Positions 18,104 through 27,951 of a DNA stretch of 64,000 bases are shown here, piece after piece. The notes beneath the pieces were generated by a model, which did no database searches, was not told the DNA's origin, and was given only the letters and a program-made list of their open reading frames with translations. Within the stretch, counting starts at the first letter, position 1. Every line of letters starts with the position of its first letter. Source of the stretch: Ostreococcus lucimarinus (Eukaryota); the NCBI GenBank assembly GCA_000092065.1, contig CP000593.1. One strand, written 5' to 3'. A program made the position numbers and the translations under genes.

Positions 18104-20176
18104 CTAACAGCGCTCGAAAATTTTGTACAACTGCTCGAGGCACGCGATCTGAATGACGGTGCCGTCGTCGGCGAAACGACGAGGCGGGGCGAGACGGCGC
18201 TTCATCGCGGGAAAGACGCAGAGGCGAGCGACGCGACGAGCGTCGGACTCGGCGTCGCCTTCTTCGGCTTTCGGATCGTGGAAAGAGCAGTCCATGGCGA
18301 AAAATGCGCCGATGACTCGAGCGCAGGTTTCGAAGCACTCTTTTTCACTCGTCCAATCGACGTCTTCGGCGAGGGCGAGGACGAACTCGGGAAGTTTGCC
18401 GATTTCCGGCGCGTACCCGGGAAGCATCGACGGCACTCCGGTGATCTGACGCCGTTCCTTGTCGATGACGACGCCGAGATACTCCTTGAGCATGTCCGCC
18501 TTTTCGACGAGCATCTCTGCGATTTTCTCTGCGACTTCCTCCTTGGAGCCATCGCTCGCGTCCCACTCTTCGTCGTCGACGAATTTATCCTCCAGCGCGC
18601 ACAGCGCGAGTTCGGCCAAAGACGCGGGATCTTGCAGCGATTGGTACCCAAAGTTGGCGAAGTTCTTCAAAGCCATTTGATGGAACATTTCCTCGGTGAG
18701 CTTTACGGCGTCCACCATGAAGAGCTTGGTTTGGTGCTGAAGTAACCACACGCCTTTGCGCGCGTCCACGGCGCCGACGAGTGTGTGATTTTTAATCACG
18801 TCGCCGAGCTCCTTGTGCGCGCGATTGGCGATTTCGGTGTTAAGCTGGCGAATAGACGTCAACTCGCACACGTACGTGTCTTCGGGTTCCGTGCGCTGTC
18901 CTCGACGCTCTCTCACCGCGCGTCGAACCTCTTCTATTTTCTCGTGTTCGCGTCCCTCGGAATTCATCGCTCGCTGCAAGTACGCGTCCAAACTCCCCGC
19001 TGCTAAATTCGCATCCGTGCGAACGAGCTTGTGATCACCACCCGCGCGTTCGCGCTGTGTCCGCATCGTCTTCGCCTGCGACGCCGGCGGTTCGTCCGCT
19101 TTTTCGCTATTTTCCTTGTCGCCGCTTCGCTCGGCGTCGTTTTCGTCATCCTTCTTTGCCAGTTTCTCCGCGCCAGGAAGCAGTGTTTGCACGGTGAATG
19201 TTCGCGACGAATTCGTCGCGAGAAGAATCTTCTCTAGTTTGGACTGAATCAACTCCACAATGGCTTCTTGGTGCAGAAAGTGCACCTCCTGTTTCGTGGG
19301 ATGCACGTTGACGTCGACGTCTTCAAACGGCAGGCGGAGGTGCATGAATACAAACGGCTTCTCAGCCTTGGGGAGTATCGCCGCGTACACCGACTCACAC
19401 GCGCGCTTGAGCGGCGCGCACTCCACTAAACGCGAATTGATGAACAAAATGAACGTCGTCTTCTTTGAATGATAATTCCCACCGCTCACTAAACCGTCCA
19501 CTTGCAGCTTGAAATCAAACTTTTTCTTGGACAGCTCGCTGTCGAAGTCGAGCTTCTTCAAATCTCTCGCCACCGTGGGACCGTAAATCGCCTGCAACCG
19601 CTCGACGCGCGATTGCGCCACGGGAGTGTGCAACGTCGCTCGCGACTCACCGTGCTTCCGACACGTGAACGCCACATCCGTTCGCAACGCCGCGTACCTC
19701 TGCAACACCTCGAGCACTTTCGAGTACTCCTCTGACGCGCTCTTCAACGCCTTCCTTCGAGTCACGACGTTATAAAACAAGTTCTCCACGCTAATCGTAG
19801 TTCCTAACACCCCCGCGATCGGTTTCGCCCCCTCCGCATCCATCTTCCCATCCGTATACGTCGCTCGAGTCGCGTGCGTCGCCCCCGCCGCCATCGTCGT
19901 CGCCGACACGTGCGCCACGTAGCTCATGCTCGCCAGCGCCTCTCCTCGAAACCCAAAGCTCTCGCATCGCGCTAAATCCTCAAACTTTTCAATCTTACTC
20001 GTCGCGTGTCGCTCGCACAGCAGCGGCAAGTCCTCTATTCGCACTCCGTGTCCGTCGTCTTGCACTCGCAACAGTTTATTCCCGCCCTCCCTCGTCGTCA
20101 CCGCGATCGACTTCGCGCCCGCGTCCAACGAGTTCTCCACCAGCTCTTTCAGCGCGTTCGACGGTCGATGGATCAC
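18104..20176 (-). CDS. MLH1: DNA mismatch repair protein MLH1, exon 2
   Basis: VIHRPSNALKELVENSLDAGAKSIAV...GFRGEALASMSYVAHV... is the GHKL ATPase domain. The C-terminus ends in the MLH1-specific ...LYKIFERC. Confidence 0.9.
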   Translation of the reverse strand: MIHRPSNALKELVENSLDAGAKSIAVTTREGGNKLLRVQDDGHGVRIEDLPLLCERHATSKIEKFEDLARCESFGFRGEALASMSYVAHVSATTMAAGATHATRATYTDGKMDAEGAKPIAGVLGTTISVENLFYNVVTRRKALKSASEEYSKVLEVLQRYAALRTDVAFTCRKHGESRATLHTPVAQSRVERLQAIYGPTVARDLKKLDFDSELSKKKFDFKLQVDGLVSGGNYHSKKTTFILFINSRLVECAPLKRACESVYAAILPKAEKPFVFMHLRLPFEDVDVNVHPTKQEVHFLHQEAIVELIQSKLEKILLATNSSRTFTVQTLLPGAEKLAKKDDENDAERSGDKENSEKADEPPASQAKTMRTQRERAGGDHKLVRTDANLAAGSLDAYLQRAMNSEGREHEKIEEVRRAVRERRGQRTEPEDTYVCELTSIRQLNTEIANRAHKELGDVIKNHTLVGAVDARKGVWLLQHQTKLFMVDAVKLTEEMFHQMALKNFANFGYQSLQDPASLAELALCALEDKFVDDEEWDASDGSKEEVAEKIAEMLVEKADMLKEYLGVVIDKERRQITGVPSMLPGYAPEIGKLPEFVLALAEDVDWTSEKECFETCARVIGAFFAMDCSFHDPKAEEGDAESDARRVARLCVFPAMKRRLAPPRRFADDGTVIQIACLEQLYKIFERC

Positions 20177-20306
20177 CTGCGCGCGCGTTCGGTCGTCGCG
20201 TCGTCTCGCGTCGTCAGTCGCGCGTTCGCGTCGTCCGTCGTCGAGCTGACGTTCAAACATTCAATCTCTCATCGCGCGCGCCGTCGCGCGCCGGCCCTCG
20301 ACGCAC
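20177..20306 (-). other. MLH1: Intron of MLH1 (130 nt, phase 0)
   Basis: The donor is GAG|GTGCGTCGAG. ACTGAC lies ~35 nt upstream of the acceptor gcgcgCAG|GTGATC. The apparent ORF start MFERQLDD... lies inside this intron. Confidence 0.75.
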
Positions 20307-20402
20307 CTCTCCCGCGGCGACGCGATTGACGACGTCGCTCGGCAGGCGCCCGATGGCGCGCGGCGTCGACGCGCCGTCGCGCGCGCCGTCACCGCGCGTC
20401 AT
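20307..20402 (-). CDS. MLH1: MLH1, exon 1 (32 codons)
   Basis: MTRGDGARDGASTPRAIGRLPSDVVNRVAAGE aligns with the universally conserved MutL N-terminus IRRLDETVVNRIAAGE. Splicing restores ...AAGE|VIHRPSNA. Confidence 0.75.
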
Positions 20403-20476
20403 GACGAATCCTTTCGCCGCACACCGCGTCGCGCTCTGCCGCGCGCGCGCCGTCGGGCGCGCCCGCGCGTCGACGC

Positions 20477-21454
20477 ATGCGCGCCGCCGCCCGCGCGCGC
20501 TCGCCCGCGCGCTCGAGCGCGCCCGCGCGCGCCGTCGCGCGCCGTCGACCGGCGCCGATTCGCCGCCGCCGCGCCGCGCGCGCCGACGCGACCGCGACGC
20601 GCTCGAGCGCCGACGACCGCGACGCGCTCGACGCGTTCGCGCGCGCGACGCCGCGCGCGACGCGCGCGTTCGAGCTCCTGCGCGAAAGCCGACGCGCGAT
20701 CGACGCGGAGGCGATGACGGCGATGTGCTACGTCGGCGCGATTCGGCGTCGGCGCGCGACGCGCGGCGAGACGGCGTGCGTCGCGAAGATTTGTGAACGG
20801 TGGAGCGCGCGCGTCGGCGGGCGACTGGGACGCGTGCGAGCGTCGCTGGAGGCGGAGGATGGGTCGGCGGCGGCGCGAGCGGTGGCGAGGGAGGTGGGAA
20901 AGTGCGAGGCGGAGGCGACGGCGCTCGCGCGGCGATTCGCGCACGAGGCGATCGAGGCGACGGAGGCGTTCGAGACGCGCGAGGCGGCGGACGACGCGAC
21001 GACGTCCGAGGCGCGCGGTGACGGTGACGGTGACGGTGACGGTGACGGCGTGAATGGGATACCGGAGAAGTGGCGCATGGCGTGCGGGAACGTGAACGGA
21101 TACTTGGAGTACGCGGGGGCGACGTTGACGTTTGAGGAGTGGGCGCGGGTGCGCGAGGCGTTCGACGCCGTCGTGACGGAGGTGGACGGGGACGACGCGA
21201 GCGCGCGGTACGTGCGCGACGATGGGAATTGGAACGCGATGAAGGCGATGATGGATGATTCCGTCGTGCGACCGAGAAGGCTGTCGCAGGTGGAGAATAA
21301 CGCGCGGTACGCGAACGCCAAAGCCGAGCTCGACGAGGCGAAAAAGGCGTGGAAGGAGGCGAACGAAATTTACAAGGACGCGCGAAGGAGAATTAAGCAG
21401 GCCAGGCACGAGGTGCACAAAACGCGCAAGGCGGTGAGAATAGAGTACAGATGA
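20477..21454 (+). CDS. Hypothetical protein (Arg/Ala-rich N-terminus, internal (GD)n repeat, K/E-rich C-terminus)
   Basis: The ORF is 325 aa and starts with ATG. The C-terminal half (...NGIPEKWRMACGNVNGYLEYAGATLTFEEWARVREAFD...KAELDEAKKAWKEANEIYKDARRRIKQARHEVHKTRKAVRIEYR) has a normal composition. The opposite-strand ORF is pure R-rich and looks antisense. I see no recognisable domain. Confidence 0.4.
   Translation: MRAAARARSPARSSAPARAVARRRPAPIRRRRAARADATATRSSADDRDALDAFARATPRATRAFELLRESRRAIDAEAMTAMCYVGAIRRRRATRGETACVAKICERWSARVGGRLGRVRASLEAEDGSAAARAVAREVGKCEAEATALARRFAHEAIEATEAFETREAADDATTSEARGDGDGDGDGDGVNGIPEKWRMACGNVNGYLEYAGATLTFEEWARVREAFDAVVTEVDGDDASARYVRDDGNWNAMKAMMDDSVVRPRRLSQVENNARYANAKAELDEAKKAWKEANEIYKDARRRIKQARHEVHKTRKAVRIEYR
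21008..21048. repeat. (GTGACG)n hexanucleotide microsatellite encoding (GD)n
   Basis: gtgacggtgacggtgacggtgacggtgacggc lies within the hypothetical gene above. Confidence 0.6.
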
Positions 21455-21510
21455 TGACGATGACAATCCGCGGTACGAGTAGTAGTTTTGTAAGGTGACG
21501 CGTACGACAT

Positions 21511-23319
21511 CTAAGGACGAGACGTCTTCAAAACCTCGACGCACCAGTTGCCGTGATCGTAATACGCCGCCGTGACCTCGCACCAAGGAAGGTTTTCAAA
21601 CAGCTTTGGAAGCTCACCCTCGGTGTACACGTGACAATATCGCTGATACACAACCGATCGTTTCTCGCGATCGGCCTCACCGTGCGTGGGCGCGCCGCTC
21701 ACGCGCGATTGGCGCTCTCGCTCGTCCTCGGGCGCGACGCCCTTGACTTTGATCTTGTTATGAAACGGCACCAAGACGTCTTGGCCTTCAAATTGGTGAC
21801 CAGAAACCCCCCCTTGCTCTTGCTCGAGCGCCCAGGCGTAGAATAATGCGACACCACCAACCTTGACGATGCGCATCGTTTCCTTTACGAGCTCCACGCG
21901 ACGTTCGGGAGACGATATGTGATGCAACACGGCGATGTTGAGCGCGTAGTCGAACACGTCGGATCGATACGGCAAAATAACGGCGTCGGCCACCATTACC
22001 TCGTATCCGCTATCGCGACAGATTTCAATCAAGCCTCTGCTAAAGTCGCTTCCGAGCGCGAAACCACCGCCCTTGACGATTTCGGGAATGTTCTTACCGT
22101 TGCCGCATCCGACGTCCGCGGCGAGCAAACCGGGCGGCTGTTTCCTAACGAAAGCCTCCACCCCGGTCCACGCGCGATACCTCGTGCCGTGCCATTGCTG
22201 CGCGACGATATCGTACACCTTCTGCACGTGCTCGCGCTCGACTTCGGGCATCGCTGTCACCTTTTCCGCGGCGTCTATGAAATTTTCTGGCACCACGGCG
22301 CACGCTCGCTTGGGCGGCTTCTTCACCAACTCTGTCGCCGTCGTCCCTGCGTTCGACACGCTCGTTTTTACGGACGGCGACGGATTCTTCCTCGTCGCCT
22401 CTTCCATTTCGAGCGCATCCGACCGCTTACCTTCCTTGCGCAACTGTTTCGCCTTCTTACGCTCCTCTCGCGCCGCCTTGATCGCCGCCCTCTCGGCGGC
22501 GATGCTCTCGCGTCGTCTCTGCTCCTCGGAAACTTCCTTGGGTTCCTTCAACGAATCGTCTCGACCGACCGCGCGCTTTTCCCTATACATCGCTCGAAAC
22601 TGCTCCGTCATCGCCATCTGCGCCGCGATCGCGTCGCCTTCGGTATTCGCCGCCATTCGTCGTCTAAACGTGAGCGAAATCCTATCCTCGCTCACGGGCG
22701 GAATCGCGTGCTCGTACTCGTCCGCCGCCCTTCCCTCCATGCGCACCGCCGATTTCGCCGGAAGCACCACCCTGAACTCCTCCCCCTCATAAACGACCCC
22801 CGGATCCGGTTTTTCGTCCCCACTCGGCCACAGCATCCCTCGCCCCATCGTCATCGTCTGCGCGCTCGCCAACGAAACCGTCACAAACGGCCGCGCGAAC
22901 GTCGGATTATCGATGTGCGGCGGTATCCACTGTCCCTTCCCGTACACGTTCACCGTGCACGAATCCATCTTTTCATCCTTCCCGATCACCCCTCTCGCCA
23001 CCAGCGCGTCCAGCACGTCTTCAAACATCGCCGGCATCGCCGCTACGCGCGTCTCCGCGTCCACTCGGTTACTGTGCGTGTACGTCCCGTACTGCAGCAT
23101 CTCCCTCGACTGATCCCTTCGCGCCCACTTCGGCGGCACCGGCGCGTGCGTCTTACCCTCAAGCTCCCCTCGCCGTCCTCGCTCGAGCTCTTCCGCGACC
23201 CACGCGCACACCGCGTCGTGCAAACCGTCGTCGACGGCGTCTCGAAAGACCTCGGCGCCGATCGTTTCGACGTCCGCGCGCGTCGCGCGCGCCGCGGCCG
23301 ACGCGCCGGACGCCGTCAT
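21511..23319 (-). CDS. ALKBH8-like bifunctional protein: AlkB-type 2OG-Fe(II) dioxygenase fused to a Trm9-type tRNA (mcm5U) methyltransferase
   Basis: The N-terminal half has ...QWIPPHIDNPTFARPFVTVSLAS...ISLTFRR, an AlkB-like double-stranded beta-helix. The C-terminal half has ...LLAADVGCGNGKNIP...ALNIAVLHHI...GGVALFYAWALEQE, a class I SAM MTase Trm9/ALKBH8-like motif I and post-I. A K/E-rich linker sits between the two. Confidence 0.75.
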   Translation of the reverse strand: MTASGASAAARATRADVETIGAEVFRDAVDDGLHDAVCAWVAEELERGRRGELEGKTHAPVPPKWARRDQSREMLQYGTYTHSNRVDAETRVAAMPAMFEDVLDALVARGVIGKDEKMDSCTVNVYGKGQWIPPHIDNPTFARPFVTVSLASAQTMTMGRGMLWPSGDEKPDPGVVYEGEEFRVVLPAKSAVRMEGRAADEYEHAIPPVSEDRISLTFRRRMAANTEGDAIAAQMAMTEQFRAMYREKRAVGRDDSLKEPKEVSEEQRRRESIAAERAAIKAAREERKKAKQLRKEGKRSDALEMEEATRKNPSPSVKTSVSNAGTTATELVKKPPKRACAVVPENFIDAAEKVTAMPEVEREHVQKVYDIVAQQWHGTRYRAWTGVEAFVRKQPPGLLAADVGCGNGKNIPEIVKGGGFALGSDFSRGLIEICRDSGYEVMVADAVILPYRSDVFDYALNIAVLHHISSPERRVELVKETMRIVKVGGVALFYAWALEQEQGGVSGHQFEGQDVLVPFHNKIKVKGVAPEDERERQSRVSGAPTHGEADREKRSVVYQRYCHVYTEGELPKLFENLPWCEVTAAYYDHGNWCVEVLKTSRP

Positions 23320-23696
23320 CGCGTCGACCGCGCGCGTCGTCGTCCGGTTCCTTCGCTCGCGCGCGCGCCGAGGCGTCGAGCGTCGCGCGACGCCGCGCGA
23401 AGCGACGCGGTGTGCGCGCCGCGCGCCGTCCGTCGCGCGACCTAAACCGTTTTTTTTTGCCGATTCGGCGCCGGCACGCGCGCGTCGCGACGCGACGCGC
23501 GCGACGACGGGCGACGCGACGCGCCGAAAACGATGGATCGCTTCGTTTTCGACGCCCCCGCGCGCGCGACGCGACGCGCGCGCGACGCGACGCGCGTCGA
23601 AGGCCGACGGCGGCGCGCGCGACGGACCGTTTTTATTTTACTCGAGCGCGAAACGCACGTCGACGGAAAACGCGTCACACGGCGACGCGCGCGACG

Positions 23697-24329
23697 ATGG
23701 GCGCCGGCGACGCCGACGATGGGTACGACAGCGACGGATGCGTCGCGCGCGCCGACGGCGACGCCGACTCGGCGCGCGCGCGTCGCGCGTGGTCGTCCGC
23801 GTGTCGCGGTTCTTCGAGGTGCTGGACGGAGATTGCGTTGTGGAATCAAACGACGTCGACGGTGGAGATCACCGTCGAACTGCCCGCGAACACGCGCGGG
23901 CGGGACGTGCGCGTGACGGTCGACGACGGCGCGCTGACGGTGTGGACGTCGTGGCACGGCGTCGTCGAGGGATTATCCGGCGCGCTCGCGCGGCGAGTCA
24001 AGGCGGACGAGACGGCGTGGAGCGTCGCGTCGGACGCGCTCGAAATCGTCCTCGCGAAGGACGCCGACCGCGACGGCGATCCGTGGGGATGCGTGTTCGC
24101 GGACGCTCGCCTCGGGTGCGCCAAGTCGCCGCGGGAGGTTTTGAAGGACATGGTGTTCGCAGACGAACCCTTCGATTCCGCGGACGATTTCTCGCTCGAG
24201 AGTCGAGCGCTCCTGGGCGAGATGCGTCAACGCCACGCCGCGCTCGTCCGCGGCGCGCTCGTCGATCCGGGAGACGATTTAGATTTTAAGCTCGGGTTGG
24301 CGTTGAACGCCAACGCGCGCTTCGCGTGA
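23697..24329 (+). CDS. CS (p23/HSP20-like) domain protein
   Basis: IALWNQTTSTVEITVELPANTRGRDVRVTVDDGALTV fits the CS-domain core. The ATG at 23697 lies inside a longer R-rich GC-driven ORF that opens at 23412. Confidence 0.55.
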   Translation: MGAGDADDGYDSDGCVARADGDADSARARRAWSSACRGSSRCWTEIALWNQTTSTVEITVELPANTRGRDVRVTVDDGALTVWTSWHGVVEGLSGALARRVKADETAWSVASDALEIVLAKDADRDGDPWGCVFADARLGCAKSPREVLKDMVFADEPFDSADDFSLESRALLGEMRQRHAALVRGALVDPGDDLDFKLGLALNANARFA

Positions 24330-24429
24330 GAACTCGCGTGAGAATTCCGCGCGCTTCGCGCGTCGCCTTCGCGTTCGCCGCGCCGCCGGCGCCGCACTCG
24401 TCGTCGCGCGTGTCGCGCGCCGTCCCGTC

Positions 24430-25380
24430 ATGTCGCTCCCCGAGGACGGGCTCGATCTGTTACCCGCGGCGTCCTTCGACGTCTCGGGCGTCGCGCACGT
24501 CGTGCCGACGCGCCACGGCCCCGTCACCGTCACCGCGCAGGGCGCCGATCGCTCGAGACCCGCGCTCGTCACCTACCACGACGTCGGTTTAAACCACCGC
24601 ACGTGCTTCCAGCCGCTGTTCGTGTGCGCGGGACCGCGGAGCGACCTCGTCAGCAGGTTCTGCGCGTATCACATCGACGCCCCGGGGTGCCAGGACGGCG
24701 CGCGGGGGCGAGATCGAGGCGGGGACGGGGACGCGGCGACGACGGCGACGACGCTGGACGCGCACGCGGAGATCGTCGAGGACGTCGTGAAACACTTTGG
24801 ATTGCGCGATGTGACGTGCTTGGGGGTCGGCGCGGGAGCGACGGTGATGGCGCTGTACGCGGGACGACACTCGAGCGCGTGTCGGGCGGGAATATTCGTG
24901 TCGCCGAGTTGCGGACGAGCGAGGACGATGGAGCACGCGTTGGGGGCGGTTTGCAAGTTTAATTTGAAGCGTCACGGATGGACGCCGTGGACGTTGAAAC
25001 ACTTGCTGAAGCGAATGTTTAGTTATCGCGGACTTGGTGGGTCGAATGGGATGTACGAGAGCGATCTGGCGCAGACGGCGCGAAGGGAGATGCGAGAGAT
25101 GAACCCGGAGGCGACGTTGGCGTATTACGACGCGGCGTTGCATCGATTGGATAACGAGCACGTGTACGCGTCGTTAGACATAGACGCGATGATTTTGGCG
25201 GGAACGAGCAGCCCTTGGTACAAGGACACGATCGTGATGAATTCGTTGATGAAGGCGAGCAAGACGAGCTGGATCGAGATCGAGGGCTGCGGCACCGTGG
25301 CGACGATGGAGGATCCGCAGCAGCTCCTGTCGCCGATTAATTTGTTCATCCAGCGTTTGAAGAGCCAAGGGTTGGCGTGA
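24430..25380 (+). CDS. NDRG/Ndr family alpha/beta-hydrolase-fold protein
   Basis: ...VTVTAQGADRSRPALVTYHDVGLNHRTCFQPLF...LGVGAGATVMALYA... matches the Ndr family signature region. The ORF starts with ATG. Confidence 0.75.
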   Translation: MSLPEDGLDLLPAASFDVSGVAHVVPTRHGPVTVTAQGADRSRPALVTYHDVGLNHRTCFQPLFVCAGPRSDLVSRFCAYHIDAPGCQDGARGRDRGGDGDAATTATTLDAHAEIVEDVVKHFGLRDVTCLGVGAGATVMALYAGRHSSACRAGIFVSPSCGRARTMEHALGAVCKFNLKRHGWTPWTLKHLLKRMFSYRGLGGSNGMYESDLAQTARREMREMNPEATLAYYDAALHRLDNEHVYASLDIDAMILAGTSSPWYKDTIVMNSLMKASKTSWIEIEGCGTVATMEDPQQLLSPINLFIQRLKSQGLA

Positions 25381-25444
25381 GATTTCGACACGTCGGCGCT
25401 GCGATAGCCTAGTACTTCTACATCGACTACATCGACTACTGTAG

Positions 25445-27664
25445 CTAATTTCTAATAATTCTACGCACGATGTCATGCTCGGAGACGATGACGTCGCGCG
25501 CCGCGGCGTCTTCGACGAGCGAACGCAACGCGTCGACGCCGCATCGAGACAACGTATCGCGCGACCCGAGGACAATTGAGGAATATTTTGCGCGCGTCAG
25601 CGCGACGTTGAGACGACGTTTATCGGATAAAAATCCCACGTTCGCCTTTGCGTTGCTTCGCACGGCGGAACACACGACGACGTCCGCCTCGCTTCCTTGA
25701 AACGAATCGACGCTGTGCACCGCCACATCGCGAACGCCTGCTCGTTGCAAAGCTCGAGCGATGGCACGAACTTGCGCGCTGTAAAACGTAATGCACACGA
25801 CGAAAAGCGTCGGAGACTTGGTTTTCAACGCTCGAATCAGCGCACACGCGACGTCGGCCTCGCGCTGGTTCCACTTCGATTTTCCCACTCCGCCACTCTC
25901 GACGCTCGCCACGTCCACGAAGGCGTACGACGGCACGCTGGATGAAAGACCTTGCGGGAGATTTCGCGTCAACACGTGATCGGCGTTCGCGAGGCGTCCA
26001 CCGTAAAATTGCGCTGCAGGCCAACTCGCGATCGACGGATGCATTCGGTATTGCGTGTCGAGCAAACTCGCGCGCTCGGCGTTCGCGGACATCAATCGTT
26101 CCATGAGCGAAGTCGCGTGGCCGTGACGTCGAGCGATTTCCGAGATCAACGTGGCTGGCAACTGCGCAGGATCGCCCACGAGCAGTGCTTTTCTTGGATA
26201 CCGCAAAAATGGAATCGCAATCTCCGGCTCGAGCGCCTGCGCGGCTTCGTCCACGACGAGGGCGTCGGGCTGCTCGAGCGAAGACATGATCGACTGGCCT
26301 GCGCTCGCGAGCGTGCAGAACACCAAGCTCGCGCGATTCAAAGCTTCGCGCGCGAATTCATCCGAACGCTCACCGCGCCCCGAGCCCTTTTCGATTTCTC
26401 GCGCGATCTCCTCACCTCGAGCGCGCATGGACGCTTCGTCGTCCATCGCGGCGACGGCGGAGAGACCTTCGGCGACGACGCCCTTGCAAAACGAAGGCGC
26501 TATGGATTCCAGAGCTCGCCGCGCGGCTTTCGCGCTCTCGCGAATGCCGTCGCCTCCCGAAACGAAAGATCGTCGAAAAGACGACGCGATGACGTTGCAA
26601 CGTTCGAAAATGAAATAATCCATCGCCCCGCCGTCGACCGACGACGCCTCTCGCAACGTATCCTCGGCGCCCGTGAGCACGCACGGCGCGGCGTCTTCGC
26701 CGCACGTTCGCAGGTAAAGTTCCATCACGACGCACACAGCCTTGTTGCTCGGCGCGCACACGAGTACGCGCTGTTTCTTCGCCGCGAGCACCGCGAGGAG
26801 CGATACGATGAAGTGCGTCTTCCCACATCCCGGCGGTCCTTGAACCATTTGTAACTGATCGAAATGCCCGTCGCGCGCGAAGAATCGACGCAACGCCCGT
26901 CGCTGCGACGCATTCAGCGGTAAAACGTACTCGCCCTCGCGCTCGTCGCACGAGGATTCATCATCACCCTCGACACCACTTTTCCCGTCGACTCGCTCGT
27001 CGTCGTCTTCGTCGGAATCGCTAAATTTTATGTGCGTCGCGCGTTTGGCGCCGACGATTTGGTGCGCAAACGCCACGCGCGGTCGCACGAAGCACGCGTG
27101 CGCCATGCGCTGATACGAGACGAGCGACGCCAGCGCGACGGCTTTAAACTCGACGCCCTCGACGTCGTCGAAAATGCGCGAACGTTTCGCCAACAGCGGC
27201 ACGACGTCCGCGCCCCGCGCGTCGCCGCGTCCCCGCACGAGCGCGAGCGCCGAGCGCGTCTCGTCGTCGGCGCGACGCAACAGCACCACCGTCGCCGGTC
27301 GACGCCAATCCGCGTCGTCGCCTCCGCGCCTCGCCGTCTTCTCGCCACCGACGCGTCGCGCGCTCAGCTCCACGAATCCATCGCTCGCGCGCGTCTCCAC
27401 CACCTCCGCGTCGAACGCTTCGCCTCGTCCTCGCGACGTCGCCGCCGCCGTCGTCGCCCGCGCCTCCTCGTACGCCAACGCCTCGCACGTCGCGTACCAC
27501 GCGTCCGCGCTCGCGTACGTCGCGCGCGCCGCCACCATCCGCCCGCCCTCGCCCTCCCGCGCGTTCGCCGTCAGGTCTTTCGCCGTCCACGCCGCGACGG
27601 TTCGCTCGAACGCCGTCGCCGCCGTCGTCGCCCGTCGTCCCGTCGCGCGTCGTCGCCGTCGCCG

Positions 27665-27695
<31 letters not shown>

Positions 27696-27823
27696 AACGC
27701 GTCGCGCGACCTCGCGAGCGCGGACGATTCTTCTTCTTCTTCTTCGTCGTCGTCGCCGTCGTCGATCGCGCGCGCGTCGTCTCGGTCGTCGACCGCGCCG
27801 TCCCAGCCGAAATCGCTCTCCAT
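25445..27823 (-). CDS. Superfamily-1 helicase, UPF1/SEN1-like (AAA_11/AAA_12 domains)
   Basis: Walker A is MVQGPPGCGKTHFIV. ...VVDEAAQALEPE... is motif II. ...TQYRMHPSIASWP... is motif IV-like. ...SVDSFQGSEADVVVCSAVRSN... and ...LNVALTRAKYSSIVLG are motifs V and VI. The N-terminus is acidic. Confidence 0.8.
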
Positions 27824-27951
27824 CGCGCGCGTCGCGTCGCTCGCGCCTACGCCGTCGCCGACGCGCGTCGCGCGCGACGCGCGTCGCGCTCGAGCATCCC
27901 GCGCGCGCGCGCGCGCTCGCGGGGCCGCGCGACGACGCGCGGCGTCAGATT

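Noticed and set aside
20177-20260. MFERQLDDGRRER... as the MLH1 start codon region.
   Set aside because: It lacks the conserved MutL N-terminal block. That block is supplied by an upstream exon, and this segment ends in a CAG acceptor preceded by ACTGAC, so it is intronic.
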